Source: a virus (taxonomy: Duplodnaviria > Caudoviricetes). From it: a stretch of DNA of 56,830 bases. The stretch covers positions 1-56,830 of the IMG/VR virus record IMGVR_UViG_3300025872_000066; one strand, written 5' to 3'. The notes below the pieces were generated by a model. The model worked only from the letters and a program-made list of their open reading frames with translations, did no database searches and was not told where the DNA came from. Within the stretch, counting starts at the first letter, position 1; the number at the start of each line of letters is the position of its first letter. The position numbers and the translations under genes are program-made. This document shows, piece by piece, positions 52,177-56,830 of the stretch.

Positions 52177-54824
52177 TACTGAGCGACTCCCTCCACGGCC
52201 ACGCCGTAAAGGATCGCCGGCTCGCCTGACGGGCGGGTTGTGGAGATCGCAACGGCCAGGTGCCTATCGCCACCGGAGGAACGCTCGTCCATGCGCCCGG
52301 AATACGAACAGATCGCGTACCCTGTCGCATCGCCCAGGGCGGAGCGGGTCTTCTTTAGGTTCAGCGTGGCGTTCGACCCTCCCTCTGTGACGAATCCGGT
52401 GCCGCGGTCAGTCATCACAGCCGCCGTACGCGGCGTGGTGGAGTTGTTGTAGTGCAGCCCCAGCGTCAGCGTGCAGTCGGCGGTGGTCGGCTTGTAGAGG
52501 AAGCGGATGCCGCGAGACGACTCTTTGGGGTCGAAGCTGAAATTGCTGGTCCGCAGCGTGCAGGCGATGCCAGCTGCGGCGCCAGCGGAATCGACGTCCT
52601 GGGCACCAGAGTCAAACAAGTACATCGACCCCGTCTGGCCGCCGGCAATGACCCGTTGGCGGCCAGATGTCTTCAGGCACTCGGCTGCGGCAAAGTCCTG
52701 GGAGTAAGACTCTACCCACCAGGCCTTGGTGATGGGGTGGAAGCACAGGGCCTTGTCTGGAAGACCGGCGGACTCCGTATAGAAAAACCGGACAATCCGC
52801 GTCTGCGGGTCCACGCGGACAAAGAAGTGGGCCGATGACGCAAAGTGGATGATGTCGTCTGTCCAGAACGTGTCGATGGCGTCCGACAGCGGGACGGCGC
52901 TAGTCCCGTCCAGCATGTACATCCCTGCGGCATCGACCACATACGCCACGCCATCGTATTGGTCCCAGCACCGCTGGTTCAGGCAGCCTCGCTGGCAGAT
53001 CAGCGAGATGTTGGCGTCCAGGATGGGCTGCGAAACATATGACAGGCGGTAAGCGTGCCGCTCTTGGAACACCACCATGCCGCCGCCGAACGGCATCAGA
53101 GCCGTGATGCGGTCCTGGCCCTTGACGTTCTCCTGGATGATGAGTTGGTTCACATCCGGAACCGACTCGGGTTCATCCAGCTCCGAAAAGTACAGCACGT
53201 TGGGCTCCGCCGCGGACGAGTCCGTGGTGCCGTCGAACTTCCTCCCTGCGACGTCAACGCCGTACCAGGCCCTGTCCTGGAACATGGAGATCACGGCCTT
53301 ATTCTGCGGCGGAGGCGTAAACCGGCGGGCGTTCACCTGCCCGTTGGGAAGCGTGATCGGCAGGGCCCCAAACCCGTCGCGGCTCGGATCAACGAGCTGC
53401 GCGTCCTGGAGCGAGTCCGTGTAGGAAGTGACGTTGTTGGCGACCTCGGCAACCTTGTACAGCACCAGGGCCTGGTCGGCGCTCGTCCGCCACAGTTCGA
53501 TCTTGTGAACGCGGGCGTCCATCCCGGAGTTGGACCAGCTCCAGCTCAGCGACTCTGAGTTGTTCGTCACTTCGATCTCAGCAAACTCAGAGATGGACGA
53601 TGGAATTGGCCCGCTCTTCGCCTCAACGGTGTCATCGATGTACCGAATTGCACACCAGTATTTTCCGATGATGCCAGGGCTCAGGACTGGCTTCAGCACG
53701 GCGCGCTTTGGGTCCTGCTCGCCGTCTGCGACGATGGTCGCAGTCGGGGGAGAGGAATAGGCTCCGCCGTGGATTAGGCGGACAGACTGAATGCTGCCGG
53801 TTTTGCTTACAACCACTTCACCCACGGCACCGCCGCCGTTGCCGTTAAACACCACCCGCGGGTTACCCGTGTAGCCAGAGCCGCCGTTAGTGACAGACAC
53901 ACCCGTGACGCGATACCGCATTCGCGGCGACAGGCTCAGCCCAGTGCCGCCACCACCGGATGTGGTGATGGTCGGCGGCTCCGTATAGCCGTCGCCCTGA
54001 TTCAGGACAGGGATGGCGTTGACGTTTCCGATGTAGTTGCGGATGGGCGCCAGCTCGCAATCGCCGCTATCGGGAGACGCGGTCGGGGGAGATGTGTAGT
54101 CTCCACCCTGATCGTCCACGTTAACGCCAACAACGCGGCCGGAAACAGTCAGCGAGAGCGTGGCCCCTGAACCCTTGTTGGAATCCTGGATTGGCGCGGC
54201 ACACTCCACAGTCGGCGCTTCGGAGTACCCGATGCCGTACCGCAACAACTTGACCGATTTCACAGCACCGTTCTTGACGGTCGCCTTGGCAACAGCCTGC
54301 GCGCTGACGTCTGCGGTCGCCGCCCCAGAGGCCAGGTCAGAAGTGACGTTGACGGCCGTGCCGCCTGGAGTCGCAGCGAGCTGGAACGTGTTGGTTGCAG
54401 CGGCAATTACGTAGTAGGTCGTTGTGCTGCTCAGGCCAATGGCAGAGGCCATCGCCGTGCTTAGCCGCACTTCTCGCCCGTTTGTCAGGCCATGCGCCGC
54501 CAGCGTGAACGTATCAGTTGCCGCGCTCGCGGACAGCGTGACTGGAACTCCACCGCTAACGGTGACGGCCGGCGTCTCTTCGTAGCCGAAACCGCCATTC
54601 ACCACATCGATGCCGGCCAGATAGTATTTGGCGGACGCTGCATTGGACGAGACAGTGGGCGCGGCAGCGGGGGCCTTGATGCCCAGCTGCTCCACGTTGG
54701 CCGTGACGGTGTCCCACCGCAGGCCGCGCTCCAGGCCGTTGACGGCGTACACATCACCATTCCGGCCGCGGGCGAAACACAGGGGCGTCGTTGCCGAAAA
54801 CGCCGAGGAGGTGATTTGGGTCAC
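52176..54824 (-). CDS. tail nozzle/DNA-stabilisation protein (tail tubular protein B-like) with inserted beta-repeat domains
   Basis: LYFSE..EPES, ITAL, VVFQE, GC propeller-type motifs; several GGxGYxxxPTV repeats; GTG start at 54824. Confidence 0.7.
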   Translation of the reverse strand: MTQITSSAFSATTPLCFARGRNGDVYAVNGLERGLRWDTVTANVEQLGIKAPAAAPTVSSNAASAKYYLAGIDVVNGGFGYEETPAVTVSGGVPVTLSASAATDTFTLAAHGLTNGREVRLSTAMASAIGLSSTTTYYVIAAATNTFQLAATPGGTAVNVTSDLASGAATADVSAQAVAKATVKNGAVKSVKLLRYGIGYSEAPTVECAAPIQDSNKGSGATLSLTVSGRVVGVNVDDQGGDYTSPPTASPDSGDCELAPIRNYIGNVNAIPVLNQGDGYTEPPTITTSGGGGTGLSLSPRMRYRVTGVSVTNGGSGYTGNPRVVFNGNGGGAVGEVVVSKTGSIQSVRLIHGGAYSSPPTATIVADGEQDPKRAVLKPVLSPGIIGKYWCAIRYIDDTVEAKSGPIPSSISEFAEIEVTNNSESLSWSWSNSGMDARVHKIELWRTSADQALVLYKVAEVANNVTSYTDSLQDAQLVDPSRDGFGALPITLPNGQVNARRFTPPPQNKAVISMFQDRAWYGVDVAGRKFDGTTDSSAAEPNVLYFSELDEPESVPDVNQLIIQENVKGQDRITALMPFGGGMVVFQERHAYRLSYVSQPILDANISLICQRGCLNQRCWDQYDGVAYVVDAAGMYMLDGTSAVPLSDAIDTFWTDDIIHFASSAHFFVRVDPQTRIVRFFYTESAGLPDKALCFHPITKAWWVESYSQDFAAAECLKTSGRQRVIAGGQTGSMYLFDSGAQDVDSAGAAAGIACTLRTSNFSFDPKESSRGIRFLYKPTTADCTLTLGLHYNNSTTPRTAAVMTDRGTGFVTEGGSNATLNLKKTRSALGDATGYAICSYSGRMDERSSGGDRHLAVAISTTRPSGEPAILYGVAVEGVAQ

Positions 54825-55090
54825 TGCAGCCCCTTGGCGATGAAGACATGCCCAGAGGCGTTCTGGTAGATCACGCTCTCGTTGGCACCGATAGGGCAGC
54901 GGAACATCTCTACGATGGCCACCGCCGAACCAGAGTGCGTGGTGAACGTCACAGAGGCCTGGCCGTTGCGGGCATTCAGCTCGCCCGGCCGGCGGCACTG
55001 GAAATTGGACTGGGTGACCGCTGCACCCACAGGAAGCGCATACGGGCTGCCGTTGGTGACCAGGCCCTTCCAGGTGTCAATTACGATCAT
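54821..55090 (-). CDS. small protein resembling the N-terminus of tail nozzle proteins
   Basis: WKGLVTN.SP...N....GEL..R.G; coupled on both sides. Confidence 0.6.
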   Translation of the reverse strand: MIVIDTWKGLVTNGSPYALPVGAAVTQSNFQCRRPGELNARNGQASVTFTTHSGSAVAIVEMFRCPIGANESVIYQNASGHVFIAKGLQ

Positions 55091-56226
55091 CCCTGGTCTG
55101 GCAAGAGCGGACTGCGCCAGCCTCCATCATGGTAGACCTGGCGGCTGCGACCACTGAGCGGGGCGAGCTGATCCTGCTCCATGGCCAGGCGGAGGTCCCT
55201 TTGATACATCTGGAATACCTTGTCCACTGACTGGTTGCGGATCCGGGCCAGCCAGTAGTCACAGCAACTATCCAGGGCAGCCTGCATGTGCGGGGCCACA
55301 TCCATCGGATCGGTGATCAGGTACTTGGTCGAACTGGCGACCGTCCCAGACTCATCGGTAGTCAGCCCAGCGGTAGAGCCAACGGCCGTAATCTGGCACT
55401 CCGACACCCACGGGGTGAGCGATTCGATAGGGCCCGGGATGTTGGTGGTGTCGCCAACCCGGAGAACGGACCCCAACATGGCCGCGGAGAAGGCCGTGCC
55501 AGTCCCGGTCACTGAGGTGGTGCTGCGGCTGATCGTTCCCTGCCGCAGAGCGGCCTCATGGCCGGAATAGCGAATCGGCCTGGCAGCTCGCCGGTAGGTG
55601 AAGTCGATGGTTTCCTTGGCGGTCGGCCAGCCAACCAGCTTGATGGCCCAGTTGGCGCTGTGTGGATCTTTGATTAGCGTCCAGTGGTAGGGCTCGCCGG
55701 AGCTGTTACTGACCCGTTCAATCTTCATCGCCTCATCGGGCGTCACATACAGGCCGCTCCACCAGTTGAACTCGTCGCTCGGCTCGTCCATGTTTTTAAA
55801 GTCAGCCGGCAACGGGTAGATGGCGCGGAACAGGGTGTAGGAAGACCCTGCGGAAACATCGATCCCAGAGAACGCCGACTCCAGCGTCACCGCGGTGGCG
55901 CTGGAATATGATGCGAGTGGATACGAACGGTCGCCTGTACGGATCGTCCAGTGCTTGGCGTTCGCCGCAGTCACGCCGGCCGTGGCAAACGATCCTCCGG
56001 TGAGCGTCACGGCCCCGGAGGTGATGCCGATGGTCCCGGTGGTGTACGCCGGGTTGGTGACAATGCGGCCGTGAACGGAGTAGTAGCCCCAGTCCCGGAT
56101 CGTTGTCAGCTCGTTGTACGCCTTGTGAATGGCGGAGCGGATGTCTCGCTGCTCGGCGTCCTGCGGGCCGCCGTAGGAGGAGACGATCAGCGATTCGACA
56201 AGGTCAAAATAAGTCAGGTATCCCAC
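55087..56226 (-). CDS. head-tail adaptor (tail tubular protein A-like)
   Basis: 379 aa; YPLPADF, GEP.HW, GWPT, helical termini; upstream of the nozzle gene. Confidence 0.65.
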   Translation of the reverse strand: MGYLTYFDLVESLIVSSYGGPQDAEQRDIRSAIHKAYNELTTIRDWGYYSVHGRIVTNPAYTTGTIGITSGAVTLTGGSFATAGVTAANAKHWTIRTGDRSYPLASYSSATAVTLESAFSGIDVSAGSSYTLFRAIYPLPADFKNMDEPSDEFNWWSGLYVTPDEAMKIERVSNSSGEPYHWTLIKDPHSANWAIKLVGWPTAKETIDFTYRRAARPIRYSGHEAALRQGTISRSTTSVTGTGTAFSAAMLGSVLRVGDTTNIPGPIESLTPWVSECQITAVGSTAGLTTDESGTVASSTKYLITDPMDVAPHMQAALDSCCDYWLARIRNQSVDKVFQMYQRDLRLAMEQDQLAPLSGRSRQVYHDGGWRSPLLPDQG

Positions 56227-56514
56227 TTACGTCCCCTCCGCCTGCCGAATAGCCATGTACTCGCTCTCGGTTATCTCTTCGACGGCACCGCTGGCGAGGA
56301 GTTGCGGCAGCAGTTCGGCCGGGAGGTTGTAGTCGCAGTAATCCGACGCAATTGCGAGATAGACGCGATCTTGTGCGTCATGTAGCGCATCGGCCGCAGG
56401 CGTGATGCTCGTCAGAGTCTTCGTCTCGGCGTTCGGGTAGCCGTAGGCAGCATCTAATTGCGCCCGAATAGACTCGTAGACGGCGTCGGTTGACCTGAAG
56501 AATCGCGTTGTCAT
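56227..56514 (-). CDS. hypothetical protein
   Basis: 95 aa, ATGA overlap with the LamG-like gene. Confidence 0.7.
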   Translation of the reverse strand: MTTRFFRSTDAVYESIRAQLDAAYGYPNAETKTLTSITPAADALHDAQDRVYLAIASDYCDYNLPAELLPQLLASGAVEEITESEYMAIRQAEGT

Positions 56515-56830
56515 GCGACCGTGATTCCGTACTTCTTTCCAAGGTACCGTTCAACGGCCTGGCGCGCCGCCGTGCCGAGCGCGCCCTGATAGAACAGAAT
56601 CTCCGCTACACTCGCCGGCGAGCCTCCACCGCCGAAATTTCCGATGGTGAGGTTTAGCGAGGCGTTGCCAGTGGAGGCTGCGTTCGTCAGCGTGTTTGAA
56701 ACACCAGATGATGCTCCATTGTGGTAGAGAAACAATCGATTGGCAGCCGTTGCGTTCGCAGCGTCTGCAACCACAGAAAAGACGAAGAAAACGTTGGCCG
56801 CTACGACGAAGTCGTTGTTGGTGGTGATGC
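56511..56830 (-). CDS. 3' part of the LamG-like virion protein spanning the window junction
   Basis: Open to the window end; LTIG...VAEILFY..AL...RQAVERYL..KYG C-terminus. Confidence 0.75.
   Translation of the reverse strand, partial: ITTNNDFVVAANVFFVFSVVADAANATAANRLFLYHNGASSGVSNTLTNAASTGNASLNLTIGNFGGGGSPASVAEILFYQGALGTAARQAVERYLGKKYGITVA

Noticed and set aside
1-56830. tRNA genes or stop-codon reassignment
   Set aside because: No cloverleaf recognised by eye (tRNAscan not run). TAA, TAG and TGA all end well-coupled genes, and core genes are uninterrupted.

Overview
The window looks like a complete or nearly complete ~56.8 kb genome of a tailed, podovirus-like dsDNA bacteriophage. One gene appears to read in frame across the 56830/1 junction. 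Protein motifs recalled from memory suggest a Planctomycetota host, but this is an inference. Organisation: (i) a long minus-strand late operon running 17172->1 and on through 56830->43258, with small effector-like genes, scaffold, major capsid protein, a glycosyltransferase-methyltransferase fusion, terminase, portal, adaptor, tail nozzle and internal/ejection proteins; (ii) a very GC-rich divergent control region (~17200-19960) with hairpins, a sigma70 promoter, phased T-tracts and palindromic boxes; (iii) a plus-strand early region of small genes (GP88-like, beta-clamp-like, acidic 9-aa-repeat protein, DUF932, serine resolvase); (iv) a minus-strand middle region (RecE-like exonuclease, ERF, SSB, SF2 helicase, nucleases, two proteases with membrane proteins, sigma factor), next to a plus-strand tyrosine recombinase. 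Most notable: an integron-like attC gene-cassette array (36149-37147) whose attC loops carry the in-frame start codons; a lysis-like module with subtilisin and papain-like proteases but no recognisable peptidoglycan endolysin; stand-alone polyvalent-type effector genes sharing an [IL]R[RKSQ]L peptide; a recurring TGTAC-N4-GTACA-like operator; and a GGGCA-x-T motif before late genes. All family calls come from motif recognition by eye; no searches were run.
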